Assembly: GCA_028684405.1 (NCBI GenBank)
Contig: JAQUGA010000003.1
Location: 1 to 51,780 of the forward strand
DNA from: Bacteroidales bacterium
GTDB lineage: Bacteria; Bacteroidota; Bacteroidia; Bacteroidales; WCHB1-69
DNA length: 51,780 bases
Direction: 5' to 3'
This document shows, in pieces, positions 17,684 to 28,800 of this stretch. The stretch's first letter is position 1, and every line of letters begins with the position of its first letter. Position numbers and translations under genes: made by a program. The notes beneath the pieces were generated by a model that was given only the letters and a program-made list of their open reading frames with translations, had not been told where the DNA came from and searched no databases.

Positions 17684-20281
17684 ATGAATTTTGATAAATT
17701 TACCACAAAGTCTCAAGAAATCATTCAAGAGGCTCAAATTTTAGCTTTGACTCATCAGCACCAGCAAATTGAGCCCACGCATATCATGTTGGCTATGCTG
17801 GCAAAAGATGAGAATGTAATACCTTTTTTATTAAAAAAATCGAATATTAATCCAGCTGTTTTTCGACAGCTACTAGAAAAACAATTGACTTCGTTTCCAA
17901 AAGTAAGTGGAGGAAGTTCGCAATATTTATCTAGTAATTCCAATAAGGTTTTACAGAAAGCTTTGTCGTTGATGACCGAAATGGGGGATGAATTTGTGTC
18001 GGTGGAACATCTGTTATTGGGAATTTTTGATTCAGGAGATGTCGTTGCAAAAATGTTGAAGGATCAAGGAATGAATTTAGCAGGTTTGAAAGCGGCCATT
18101 ACCGAAATGCGAAAGGGAAGTAGGGTAGACTCACAATCGGCAGACGAAAATTATAATTCTTTAAATAAATACGCTCGAAATTTGAACGACATGGCAGCAC
18201 TTGGAAAACTAGATCCAGTGATTGGTCGGGATGATGAAATTCGAAGATTGTTGCAAATTTTAACGCGTCGTACCAAAAATAATCCCATTCTGATTGGCGA
18301 ACCGGGCGTTGGAAAAACAGCCATTGCCGAAGGTTTAGCCCATCGGATTATCAGTGGCGATGTGCCCGAAAACTTGAAATCAAAACAGTTGTATTCTTTG
18401 GATATGGGATCTTTGATTGCAGGTGCAAAATACAAAGGCGAATTTGAAGAACGTTTGAAAAGCGTTATCAAAGAGGTGATGAGTTCCGATGGAGAAGTTA
18501 TTTTGTTTATTGATGAAATTCACACCTTGGTGGGCGCAGGCGCTTCTGAAGGAGCGATGGATGCCGCAAACATACTAAAGCCAGCTTTGGCTCGTGGCGA
18601 TTTGAGAGCGATAGGAGCCACTACACTAAAGGAATATCAAAAATACTTTGAAAATGATAAAGCACTGGAGCGTCGTTTTCAAGTGGTTATGGTTGATGAA
18701 CCCGACCGCCTAAGTGCGATTTCAATTCTTCGTGGATTGAAAGAAAAATATGAAAATCATCATCAAGTGCGTATTAAAGATGAAGCCATTATTGCGGCGG
18801 TAGATTTGTCGCAACGCTATATTTCCGATCGTTTTTTACCCGATAAAGCCATCGACTTGATTGATGAATCTGCGGCAAAATTGCGTCTGGAAATCAATTC
18901 ATTGCCCGAGGAACTGGATGAGATTGAACGTCGAATCCGACAACTTGAAATTGAACGAGAAGCCATTAAACGCGAAAATGATGAACCCAAACTAGAAGCC
19001 TTAAACATTGAAATTTCTCAATTGTCAGAAAAAAGAAATGAGCTTCGTGCAAAATGGCAGTCAGAAAGAGATATTATTAATGAGATACAAAATAGAAAAC
19101 GAGAAATTGAGCAGTTTAAGCTCGAAGCAGAACAAGCCGAACGCAACGGGAATTATGGACTTGTAGCAGAATTACGCTATGGGAAAATACGGACTGCCGA
19201 AACCGATATCGAAACCATGAAGCAGAAACTTACCGAAGTTCAGAAAGATAGTGCGATGGTAAACGAAGAGGTGGGAACCGATGAAATTGCGGAAATTGTG
19301 GCTCGTTGGACAGGAATCCCGGTGGCTAGAATGTTGCAAAGTGAAATAGAAAAACTTTTGCATCTCGAAGAAGAGTTGCACAAAAGAGTGGTGGGACAGG
19401 ATGAAGCCATTGAAGCCATCGCCAACTCAATTCGTCGCAGTCGTGCAGGATTGCAGGACAACAAACGCCCCATTGGTTCGTTTATCTTTTTGGGAACCAC
19501 AGGTGTGGGAAAAACGGAACTGGCAAAAGCTTTGGCCGAATATCTTTTCAATTCCGAAAATGCCTTGGTCAGAATCGATATGAGCGAATATCAGGAACGT
19601 CATTCCGTTTCACGCCTAATTGGTGCGCCTCCGGGCTATGTTGGATACGACGAAGGCGGACAATTGACCGAAAAAGTGCGAAGAAAACCCTATTCGGTTA
19701 TATTGCTCGATGAAATAGAAAAAGCACATCCCGACGTCTTTAATATTTTATTGCAAGTGCTTGATGATGGACGTTTGACAGACAATAAAGGAAGAATTGC
19801 CGATTTTAAAAACACAATTATTATTATGACTTCCAATATGGGAGCTTCCGAAATTCAGGAAAATTTTAAAGATTTGGACGATTATAATAATGAGCAAGTA
19901 TTATACAGAACCAAAGAAGAGGTGATGGAAATTGTTCGTCGCACTTTACGACCCGAATTTTTGAATCGTATTGATGAAATAATTATGTTCAAACCATTGA
20001 GTAGAGACGAAATCAGGGAGATTGTAAAAATACAGTTTGATCACTTGAATACCATGTTAAAAGAAAATGATATTGAACTGGAAATGACCGATTATGCAAT
20101 GGATAAATTGTCCGAGTTAGGATACCAGCCGCAGTATGGGGCACGTCCACTAAAGCGAGTTTTTCAAAAAGAAGTACTCAACAAACTTTCAAAAATGATA
20201 CTTGCTGGGAAAATCGACAAAAACAAAATAACGATATTGGACGTGATTGATGATTTGTTTGTTTTTTACAGCAGAAATTAA
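17684..20281 (+). CDS. clpB: ATP-dependent chaperone/disaggregase ClpB
   Basis: Clp N-domain repeats; Walker A GEPGVGKT (NBD1) and GTTGVGKT (NBD2); long coiled-coil M-domain between them; Walker B ILFIDEIH and [11 protein letters not shown]; GARPLKR sensor-2. Confidence 0.97.
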   Translation: MNFDKFTTKSQEIIQEAQILALTHQHQQIEPTHIMLAMLAKDENVIPFLLKKSNINPAVFRQLLEKQLTSFPKVSGGSSQYLSSNSNKVLQKALSLMTEMGDEFVSVEHLLLGIFDSGDVVAKMLKDQGMNLAGLKAAITEMRKGSRVDSQSADENYNSLNKYARNLNDMAALGKLDPVIGRDDEIRRLLQILTRRTKNNPILIGEPGVGKTAIAEGLAHRIISGDVPENLKSKQLYSLDMGSLIAGAKYKGEFEERLKSVIKEVMSSDGEVILFIDEIHTLVGAGASEGAMDAANILKPALARGDLRAIGATTLKEYQKYFENDKALERRFQVVMVDEPDRLSAISILRGLKEKYENHHQVRIKDEAIIAAVDLSQRYISDRFLPDKAIDLIDESAAKLRLEINSLPEELDEIERRIRQLEIEREAIKRENDEPKLEALNIEISQLSEKRNELRAKWQSERDIINEIQNRKREIEQFKLEAEQAERNGNYGLVAELRYGKIRTAETDIETMKQKLTEVQKDSAMVNEEVGTDEIAEIVARWTGIPVARMLQSEIEKLLHLEEELHKRVVGQDEAIEAIANSIRRSRAGLQDNKRPIGSFIFLGTTGVGKTELAKALAEYLFNSENALVRIDMSEYQERHSVSRLIGAPPGYVGYDEGGQLTEKVRRKPYSVILLDEIEKAHPDVFNILLQVLDDGRLTDNKGRIADFKNTIIIMTSNMGASEIQENFKDLDDYNNEQVLYRTKEEVMEIVRRTLRPEFLNRIDEIIMFKPLSRDEIREIVKIQFDHLNTMLKENDIELEMTDYAMDKLSELGYQPQYGARPLKRVFQKEVLNKLSKMILAGKIDKNKITILDVIDDLFVFYSRN

Positions 20282-20344
20282 TCTTTTTTTGGGTAAATAA
20301 ACAAATAAAACAGTATTGTGTCCTAATATTTCGATGGTTTTATG

Positions 20345-20352
20345 TAAATTTG
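20345..20352 (+). promoter_or_regulatory. -7 box (TAnnTTTG) for the K+/H+ antiporter gene
   Basis: TAAATTTG, 24 nt upstream of ATG 20377. Confidence 0.45.
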
Positions 20353-20376
20353 CTCGCTACGAACGCATAGAAAAGA

Positions 20377-21855
20377 ATGAATTTATCTATTGAAAACATT
20401 TTATTGGTTGGATCACTGCTTTTAATAATTAGCATTGTCGCCGGTAAAGCTTCGTTTCGTTTTGGCGTTCCCATCTTGGTTTTATTTCTGGGTATTGGGA
20501 TGTTGGCGGGTTCCGAAGGAATTGGCGGAATTCGTTTTAGTGATTTTCGGATTGCCCAATTTATTGGAATTGTCTCTTTAAGTGTTATATTATTCTCGGG
20601 AGGATTGGATACGGATTGGAAATCCGTGAAGCCAATTATGTGGATTGGCTTTTCCTTATCCACCTTCGGGGTATTGTTAACAGCTGTTTCTCTGGGCTTG
20701 TTTGTCTACTGGGTTACTGATTTTACAATATACGAAGCTTTGCTTTTGGGATCTATTGTCTCGTCTACGGATGCCGCCGCCGTCTTTTCAATTCTAAGAT
20801 CAAAAAAACTAGCTCTGAAAAGTAATTTACGACCTACTTTAGAGTTTGAAAGTGGAAGCAACGACCCCATGGCGTATGTATTGACAATTTCATTTTTAAG
20901 TTTAATTGTTCAACCTGATTTGAGTTTTTGGACTGTTATACCGCTTTTTGCACAACAAATGTTTTTGGGTGGAGTGCTGGGTTTCTTCTTTGGTTGGCTC
21001 AGTAAAACCGTGGTAAATAAAATTTCGCTCGATTACGAAGGATTATATCCGATTTTGGTCATGGCACTGATGTTTGTAATATTTGCTGGAACCGATTACG
21101 TGGGTGGAAACGGGTTTTTAGCTGTATACATTTCTGGTGTTTATGTTGGGAATCATGAGTTGTTACATAAAAAAGCCATTCTTAAATTTTTTGACGGTTC
21201 AGCTTGGCTGATGCAAATTGTATTATTTTTAACTCTTGGATTATTGGTGAATCCTTCACAAATTGTAGCAGTGAGCGGAGTTGGGATGCTAATTGCAGTG
21301 TTTTTAATGCTTATTGCTAGGCCGGTCAGTGTTTTCATTAGTTTAATCCCATTTAAAATGAAATTAAGGAGAAGGCTCTATATTTCATGGGTTGGGCTCA
21401 GAGGTGCGGTTCCCATTGTTTTTGCAACCTATCCTTTGTTGGCAGGCATCGAAAAAGCAGACATGATTTTTAATATTGTATTTTTCATTTCACTTACCTC
21501 TGTATTAATCCAAGGTTCCACCATCTCTTTGTTTGCTAAATGGTTCCGTGTAGCTTTGCCATACAAAGTTAAAAAACGTTCGGCAGTAGATTTGTTTATG
21601 TCGGAATATGCAGAAAATCAAATGATTGAGATTGAAGTGCCAAGCAGCTCTTTTCCAGTGGGTAGAAAAATAGTTGATTTGAATTTTCCTAAAAATTCAA
21701 GCATTGCTTTAATTAACCGTAAAAATGCCTTTTTCTCGCCACAAGGCTCAACAATAATTCAAGAAGATGATAGATTAATTGTTTTATTTGAAAATCAAAG
21801 TTGTTTGGCTAAGGTTTATGAAAGTTTGAAAATAACTGAAAAAGAGTTGACTTAA
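20377..21855 (+). CDS. nhaP2: K+/H+ antiporter, CPA1 family (NhaP2/CvrA-like) with a C-terminal TrkA-C (RCK_C) domain
   Basis: About 12 TM helices, SSTDAAAVFSIL and ESGSNDP motifs of Na+/K+:H+ exchangers. C-terminal soluble VGRKIVDLNFP...IQEDDRLIVLF RCK_C-like domain. Confidence 0.85.
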   Translation: MNLSIENILLVGSLLLIISIVAGKASFRFGVPILVLFLGIGMLAGSEGIGGIRFSDFRIAQFIGIVSLSVILFSGGLDTDWKSVKPIMWIGFSLSTFGVLLTAVSLGLFVYWVTDFTIYEALLLGSIVSSTDAAAVFSILRSKKLALKSNLRPTLEFESGSNDPMAYVLTISFLSLIVQPDLSFWTVIPLFAQQMFLGGVLGFFFGWLSKTVVNKISLDYEGLYPILVMALMFVIFAGTDYVGGNGFLAVYISGVYVGNHELLHKKAILKFFDGSAWLMQIVLFLTLGLLVNPSQIVAVSGVGMLIAVFLMLIARPVSVFISLIPFKMKLRRRLYISWVGLRGAVPIVFATYPLLAGIEKADMIFNIVFFISLTSVLIQGSTISLFAKWFRVALPYKVKKRSAVDLFMSEYAENQMIEIEVPSSSFPVGRKIVDLNFPKNSSIALINRKNAFFSPQGSTIIQEDDRLIVLFENQSCLAKVYESLKITEKELT

Positions 21856-21976
21856 TAGAGTTGATCTTATATATTTCTTTAAAACTTTCGATGAAAAACT
21901 AAAAACAAATTCCATATTTTGCGAATCAGATCCCAAAATAAGTATGAAATTTGCGATTTGATGTTTGTTCTTTAAT

Positions 21977-24900
21977 TTATTCTTTTGAAATTTTAGTCAC
22001 TTTAAAATGTGAAATAGAATTGTTTTCAATGATAGAGATAATGTACAATCCGTTTGAATAATTTTCCATTGAAATGTATTCTTTTTTAGAGCAAGTTTTT
22101 TCTGTTTTAATCATTTTTCCTTCTGTCGAAAATAGAAAATATTGATAATTTTTCTGTTCTGGATTTTGAATGAAAAAACCATTGAAGAATGGATTGGGTG
22201 AAGGTTTTATCTTTTCAAAATCAATGTTTTGTATTTGAGAAGTCAAAATGTTTATTTCCTTTTGAATGCTTATTGTATCGCAATTGTTTTGCAGCAAAAC
22301 GCTCACTATATAAATTCCTGTATCAGCATATTGATGACTTGGATTTTCTTCGGAAGAACTATTTCCATCCCCAAAATCCCACAAATATTGAATCGCTCCA
22401 TTGCCATTAAAGCTAAAGGTGCAGTTTTGATGGGTGCAATTTGCTTCGATTTCACCTTGCATTATTTCGAATGGAACCAGATGCAAAGTATCGCTATTTA
22501 GTGTGCAATGAAGATACTGCTGCTGGGCATAAAATGTTCCGGGAGCAGTTGTTACATGATTTTGCGAAAAACTAGAGTCTTGCCAAAGTGCTTCTTCTCC
22601 AGATAAAGTTTGAATGTTTATTTCTTCAATGTCAGGACATAGCATCAATGTTCCCGAAGGGGTAATGTTTGGATTTAGATCAAGAATTTCAACGCTCAAA
22701 GCTTTATTCATGCTGTAACAATATCTTCCGATTTTCCAGTTGTAAAAATAGTAGTAAACCGATAGTGGATTGTCGGCAGAACTGCTATCAATGCTGATAA
22801 TATCATCAATTTGGTATGGATAATTTACAGAATCTGTATTGGCAAAGAATTTTGCAAAAGTGGGTCCACAAAGTCGATATCGTTTGTTCTTGGGAACATT
22901 GAAATCAAGCTGGATTTGATTCATTCCAACGGTGAAATTATGAATTTTTGAACTTAATAGATTTCCAATCGAATCGTGCAATTCAATTGTTTTGTTACCA
23001 CTTGCATTGCTATATACATTGACCGATTCTAAAACGACATCTTCAAAGCTTTGAAAAACCAAATAGTGTTTTTTGTTGGTATGGATAAAACCGCCATTAC
23101 CGCTCTTATCGGGTTTCCCGAGAGAATTGCCCGAAAATAAGTTTTTAGTTTTGGGATAGAATTCTGTATTTTGGCTTATGTTATTAACAATCAGCGTGTT
23201 GCCGCTATCAAGGATGTTTTGAAATTCATCCAACCAATAAATGGTTTGTGAAGCTTGAGCAGAAAGAGTGAGCATTCCTGCTTGGCAAAGAAGCGTGTCA
23301 GAATAAATGGGAGAACTTGGTGTGTGCGAAACGATGAGGTTTTCTTTGGTAATAGAATCGCTTCCCAATTGATTTTGAACTTTAAGTTTAATACTAAAAA
23401 TGCCACTTTCTGTATAAGTATGAGTTGGATTTTGTTCGGTGGAAAAAGTTCCGTCTCCAAAATCCCAAAAATGGCTTTCTGGAAGGTGCTGACTTTCGTC
23501 TGTAAAGTGAATGGCATTGTTGCAAGCAAAACTGTTTGAAATACTAAAGTCAGCAACCGGAACTTCAATTCCCGATTGGCAGTGCCAAATAAGTTGATGG
23601 CGAAGAGGTCGTTTGTTTTTTCCGGTGATGGTTAGAATAGCACTTTCGCCATAATTTGGGTTGAAATTTAGGCTGAGAGTATCATTTATGATGATTCCAC
23701 CGCTGATCCATTCTTGGTTTTTGGTGATGGAAGCGTAACAGTCGATGCAGTTTTGTGTTTGGATAAAATAGCTTCCACTATTGCAAAAAACGGTATCGCT
23801 GATTTGAACTTCAATTTCTTGTGGTTCAGAATTATAGAAAGTGACGGCTGGATCTCCGAAAAAGTGCATTACTTGGTTGGAATGTTGATTGAATCCCCAG
23901 TGCAGTGTTTTATATATAAGCGCGTGAATAAGCACATCTCCGGCTTTGTTTTGAGCCAAAGCGTTGTCTAGGTCAGGATTAGCAGTTCCGCCACTTCCGG
24001 TAAAAATAGCTGGCAATCCAGGACTGTTCCAAAACCCATCTATAATTCCCATCGAGAATGCGTCGTTGTAGCCACTGTAGCTAAATGAAGCTGGTGCAAA
24101 AATGCCAAATGCTCCTCCGGTAGAACTTCGCAACATTTTTTCGGCAAAGCATTCGGTTTGGTAAAATTCACCGCTGTGGCAATTGATACTCAGTACCAAA
24201 GGCAGATAATTGAGATTGAAAATATATTGAATTTGATCGCTCACCATTTGTGGATGAGCCCATCCGATGGCATTGGAATATCCGTGATCACGATGAAAAA
24301 AATACATTCTTCCATAATTCATCGCACTTAGCATATCCGAAGTATTTCCGCTCCATTCGAAAATGGGACGCAATAAATCTGGCGGAAGTGCTTCTCCGGC
24401 AGCGTAAATGCCATTGTTCCAGTTTTGAGGATTGACTTCCGCTGGCGTTTCATAAATGCGGTCGATACTGAGTCCAAAATGGCTGCTCAGATAGTTTCGG
24501 ATATCTTCTGAAGTCTGCACAAAGCGTCGGTCGTCGAAGCCGTCTAAATCATCGTCCTGAAAGTAGGTGCAATGGGCTGCTTTTTGGTAAAATTCGGAGT
24601 TTTGAGTAGGATTTCTTTCGTAGCGAATAAGTTTGCGAATTACATTGTTGGCTTCTGTTGAACTCGAAACGCTGATTCTGCCATAAGCGATATCAGGAAA
24701 AAAGTCGGTAGGTCCACCCATGCATACATGCAGCAAATCGCTGGCAAAAGTTGCAGGAAGTGGGTCGGGAGCAATAATTTCAAATCCTGGGACTAAATTA
24801 TGGTCGCCCAAAAAGCAAACATAATCAAGGCTGGCAACTGATTGATAGCGTTGCGAAATGCTGTCTTTTATCTGCCAAGCCGTCCAGTTGGGTTGAGATA

Positions 24901-25705
24901 AAATTTGCACCGAATAACCGCATTCTCTTTTCCATAATGCAAGGCTATCGGCAGCTTGAATGTAGTTGGGATGAGTAACAATGAGATATGGGACAAGATT
25001 TGAGCTTTTTGAACTTGAAAAACTTTCAAGTTGTTGTGGGTTGACAATCCATTTTTTTATTTTTGAAATAGTTTTGCTTTGATTATCAATATTTTGCTTA
25101 TTTTTTTGCTGATCTTTTTGGAAATTTATGGTATAGCTAATCTCAGAATGGATTTTTGCTATTTTGCCGAAGGCATTGTATTGAATGGGATTGATTTGCA
25201 AAAGCAAAATTTGGTAACCTCGAAATTCTATAATGTGTTGTTTTTGAGCAATTTCAGCAGGAAACCATTCATCCGTTTTGGGATAATCTTGAAGTTCCTT
25301 GTAAGTTTTCTGGTGGATGCCTTCTGTATCAATATGTTGAGGTATAGATTTGGAGAGCAAAAGTCCTTTTTTTAGGCTGGATTTGCGACTGACAGAGCGA
25401 ATTGAAAAGTGATGATTGGGTGGCACATAAATAGCATGATATAAAACTGGTAGCGAAGGAGTGCCTTCGAGATGGTTTTGATGGACGTTTTTTAGCCGGA
25501 TAGTGGTGCTTTTATTTTCTGTTTTGAAAATAAAATCAGAAGAATCAAAGCTTATTTTGTGAGAGAATGAATTGTCTTTTTCTTGACAAAAAAGGCTTTG
25601 AAAAGGATGTAAAAGAAAAAGAAAAAACAGGACCATCACAAAAAGGGAATTGTTTCTTTTTGAAAGGTTTATGAATAGATTGTGAAGGTTCATCTGTTTG
25701 TACAT
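21977..25705 (-). CDS. Gingipain-like C25 family cysteine peptidase with two PKD domains and a T9SS type A CTD
   Basis: His/Cys dyad candidates FHRDHGYS and LSINCHSGEF lie 35 aa apart, similar to my recollection of the gingipain His/Cys spacing (just over 30 aa). PKD signatures FWDFGDGTFSTEQNPTHTYTESGIF and LWDFGDGNSSSEENPSHQYADTGIY. CTD PSPNPFFNGFFI...FSTEGKMI...NGLYIISI. A minus-strand -7 box at 25711-25718 suggests the true start may be ATG 25693 (MNLHNL...). Confidence 0.75.
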   Translation of the reverse strand: MYKQMNLHNLFINLSKRNNSLFVMVLFFLFLLHPFQSLFCQEKDNSFSHKISFDSSDFIFKTENKSTTIRLKNVHQNHLEGTPSLPVLYHAIYVPPNHHFSIRSVSRKSSLKKGLLLSKSIPQHIDTEGIHQKTYKELQDYPKTDEWFPAEIAQKQHIIEFRGYQILLLQINPIQYNAFGKIAKIHSEISYTINFQKDQQKNKQNIDNQSKTISKIKKWIVNPQQLESFSSSKSSNLVPYLIVTHPNYIQAADSLALWKRECGYSVQILSQPNWTAWQIKDSISQRYQSVASLDYVCFLGDHNLVPGFEIIAPDPLPATFASDLLHVCMGGPTDFFPDIAYGRISVSSSTEANNVIRKLIRYERNPTQNSEFYQKAAHCTYFQDDDLDGFDDRRFVQTSEDIRNYLSSHFGLSIDRIYETPAEVNPQNWNNGIYAAGEALPPDLLRPIFEWSGNTSDMLSAMNYGRMYFFHRDHGYSNAIGWAHPQMVSDQIQYIFNLNYLPLVLSINCHSGEFYQTECFAEKMLRSSTGGAFGIFAPASFSYSGYNDAFSMGIIDGFWNSPGLPAIFTGSGGTANPDLDNALAQNKAGDVLIHALIYKTLHWGFNQHSNQVMHFFGDPAVTFYNSEPQEIEVQISDTVFCNSGSYFIQTQNCIDCYASITKNQEWISGGIIINDTLSLNFNPNYGESAILTITGKNKRPLRHQLIWHCQSGIEVPVADFSISNSFACNNAIHFTDESQHLPESHFWDFGDGTFSTEQNPTHTYTESGIFSIKLKVQNQLGSDSITKENLIVSHTPSSPIYSDTLLCQAGMLTLSAQASQTIYWLDEFQNILDSGNTLIVNNISQNTEFYPKTKNLFSGNSLGKPDKSGNGGFIHTNKKHYLVFQSFEDVVLESVNVYSNASGNKTIELHDSIGNLLSSKIHNFTVGMNQIQLDFNVPKNKRYRLCGPTFAKFFANTDSVNYPYQIDDIISIDSSSADNPLSVYYYFYNWKIGRYCYSMNKALSVEILDLNPNITPSGTLMLCPDIEEINIQTLSGEEALWQDSSFSQNHVTTAPGTFYAQQQYLHCTLNSDTLHLVPFEIMQGEIEANCTHQNCTFSFNGNGAIQYLWDFGDGNSSSEENPSHQYADTGIYIVSVLLQNNCDTISIQKEINILTSQIQNIDFEKIKPSPNPFFNGFFIQNPEQKNYQYFLFSTEGKMIKTEKTCSKKEYISMENYSNGLYIISIIENNSISHFKVTKISKE

Positions 25706-25710
25706 TTGAA

Positions 25711-25718
25711 CAAAAATA
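25711..25718 (-). promoter_or_regulatory. -7 box (TAnnTTTG) for the C25 peptidase gene
   Basis: The minus strand reads TATTTTTG. It is only 5 nt upstream of ATG 25705 and 17 nt upstream of the in-frame ATG 25693. Confidence 0.4.
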
Positions 25719-25791
25719 CTTATTTTTTTGTGAAATTATTATTTTTAGCTTTAAAATGTTGTATGTTTGAGTGATGTGTTAAATAAATCTG

Positions 25792-25799
25792 TAAATTTG
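25792..25799 (+). promoter_or_regulatory. -7 box (TAnnTTTG) for the hybrid sensor kinase operon
   Basis: TAAATTTG, 22 nt upstream of ATG 25822. A second match TATGTTTG lies at 25762-25769. Confidence 0.45.
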
Positions 25800-25821
25800 A
25801 TTTTTAGAGATACTCCGTGAA

Positions 25822-28800
25822 ATGATGAAAATTCTTATATTTATTTTCTTATTTATATTAAAATCAGGGAGTTGTTTTGATAATTCCCAAAGTGATAAGA
25901 ATTTATTTATCGTTCAATCAAGCGAGCAAACAACTCAATCGTTTTCATTTTTTTTATCTGCAAGTGCCAGTGGAGCAGGGAAACAGCTGGATTTAATCCG
26001 TCAGATCGACCGCAGTAGTTTTATAATTAAAATTCTAAATTTATTTATTTTTCTACTTTTTTTGGCTGTTTTTCTTATTGGTGTTATTGCATTACGATAT
26101 TTTATTCGAGCAAAAAGAGAGTTGGTTGAAAAGAATGAACAGATTGGTTTTTACAATAAAAAGCTAATTGAGAAAAATGCTCAGCTGCAAAAAGAGATTA
26201 AGAGGCGGATGGATGAGAGCATTTTTGAGATGAGCCAGCGAGAACTGGTTTTGGGTAGTTTGCAAGAATCCGATCAGAAGTTTAGCGCAACTTTTTATCA
26301 TCATCCAGAAATGACTTTAATCTTCGATTTGCATACGGAAATAATTTTTGATGTGAATGAATCTTTTTTACAATATTTCAATATAGAAGTGGTTGATATT
26401 GTGGAGAAGAAAATTTCTGATTTAACTTTGGTACGCTCCGAAAATAGTTTGATCAATATTAAAGAAGAGTTGAAACAAAGAGGATTTGTAAAAGATTATC
26501 TTATAGAATTAAGTATTGCTGAAGCCAAAAAAGTGAGCTTAAGTATGAGTGCTTCCATCATTAATTTCGGACAAAGAGAATGCTGTTGTTTGTCTATTAG
26601 AGATATTTCTGCTTTGCATCAAGAGAATCTTCACTTGCTCAAATTTTTGAATCGCTATCATAAAGCAGCCCCCAATTTGAATGAATTTTTGTGGAGTATT
26701 GATTTGGATATGAAATTTGAATTTGTAAGCGAATCTGTTTTCTTTTTGCTAGGATATGCTCCTTCCGAAGTCGTTGGAATGTCTTATCTGGAGTTACTTT
26801 CGTCAAATTCACAAAAAATTATTCAGAAACAATTGAAGTTGATTCTAAGTAATGTAAATGAAGAAGTTGAAACCAGTCAAACAATTTTCGAAGAGCTGGA
26901 GTATGTGCATAAAGATGGAAGAAAGATAAATTATCTCTGTTGGGCAGAAGTGGTTTTCGATGGCAGCTATTTGCTTCGTATTGAGGGTGTTTCAAAAGAT
27001 GTTTCGAGGATTCATGAGCTTGAAGCCGAAGTGATTACCAATCGGCATTATTATGGATCTATTTTAAATTCTTTAAATGACATTGTTTTTGTTTTTGACG
27101 AGAAGTTAAACTTGTCATTTATTTCGGATTCTATTCAGCGTTTTATTGGATATGATGTTGATGAGGTTATGAAAATGCCAATAAATAAATATTTGACAGA
27201 AAAATCAATTCAAAAACTAAACTCTCTGCCCTCGTTTTTGCAATTTAATACCATCAAGGGTGAAAGCGGAATTTTGGACGAGATAGATTATGAAATGGAT
27301 TTTATTTCTAAAGATGGGATTTTAAGGACAACATATGTTCGTACCCGTTTGCTACTGGATGAAAAGTATCGTTTATTAGGCTACGTTTCTATTATGCGTG
27401 ACATTACGCAGGAAAAAAAACTACAAGAGAAAAATAGGAAAAGTGAAATGTATTTCAAAAAACTATTTGACGAATCTCCTGTAATGATGTTGATTACAGA
27501 TGAGTCGAATATGATTTTGGATGTTAATAAAACTCTTATTGAAATTGTCGGATATTCCATGTCTGATTTAAAACACTTGCATTTTGATGCTCTGATACAG
27601 CGCGACGAATCCTATTTAAGTAAACCCGAAGAAAAAGATATCCGTGCCGTTTTAAAGAAAATGAATGGCGAAAAGCTGAATGTTTTGATGAGTCCAGCCG
27701 ACTTTACCGACCCCAATCAAAAACGGATGAATCTTTATGTTATTCGTGATGTTACAGAACATGTTCAGGCAGACAACTTAAGTGCAATTCGTGAAAATCA
27801 ATACATTGCTATTGCCGAAACTTCTCCGAATATGTTGATTCGTTTTGATAAAACTATCTCTTGTACGTATGCGAATAGAGCCGTTGAAAAACAGTTCCAA
27901 ATAAAAATAGAAGATGTCATTGGGAAAAAACCAAATCTTTTTATCTCTGATCAAATTGCGGCCAAATCTCTTTATGAAAGTTGCTTAAGTGCATTAATCG
28001 AAGAAAAGGAAGTAGCCAAAGACATAAAAGTGATGTTTGGAAACAAGGTTCGTGTCTACAACCTGAGAGTAATTCCCGAAGTAGATGCTGCCGGGTTCGT
28101 TAATTCAGTAATTTGCGTTATTGCAAATGTTACGGATTATGTCACTGCAATCGAAGATTTGGAAAAAAATATTCAACAAAAAGCATTCTTAAATCAAATT
28201 ATTGCAGTTTGTAATAAAGCAACAAGCAATGAGAGTTTGCTGAAAAACTTGCATGATATTTTTCAATCTTTTCAACATGATTTGGGTTTTTCGGGTGTGT
28301 TGTTAGACGAAAATAACAAATTTCAAAATCTTATTTACTCTTCCTTATCGGAACAAGAGCAGCTTGATTTTCTGGATTTTATATTAAATCCACTTCGTTT
28401 TTTCGAAATAAAAAAGCACTTTCATACTGTGCTTAGCATAAATGAATTTTCGTTTTTGAGTTACAACATTCTTTTGAATGATAAAAAAAGAAGATTAGAC
28501 ATCCTTCCTTTGTTGTCGAAAAACCAAGTTTTGGGATTTGTTGCTTTCATCGACTTATCGGATGAGAAATTGAAGTGGTTGATGTCGGGTGTTGAACTCT
28601 TGATTGTTCGTGAAACGGGCTCGGCCGTTCATCGTATTTTGACCGAACAAAGACATTTTGAAAGCAACGAATCGTATCGTTTACTGGTTGAAGCTACCGA
28701 CGATATGGTTTGGAGGGTTTGTAGAAATCTGAATTTTATGTTTGTCAGTTCCAAATCCAAACAATTGCTTGGTTATCTTCCCGATGAACTAATGAATGTC

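Noticed and set aside
21977-25705. C25 protein as the T9SS sortase PorU.
   Set aside because: There is no adjacent porV-like gene, and the protein has PKD modules and a typical cargo-type CTD. I kept it as a secreted C25 peptidase, but phylogeny is needed (see findings).
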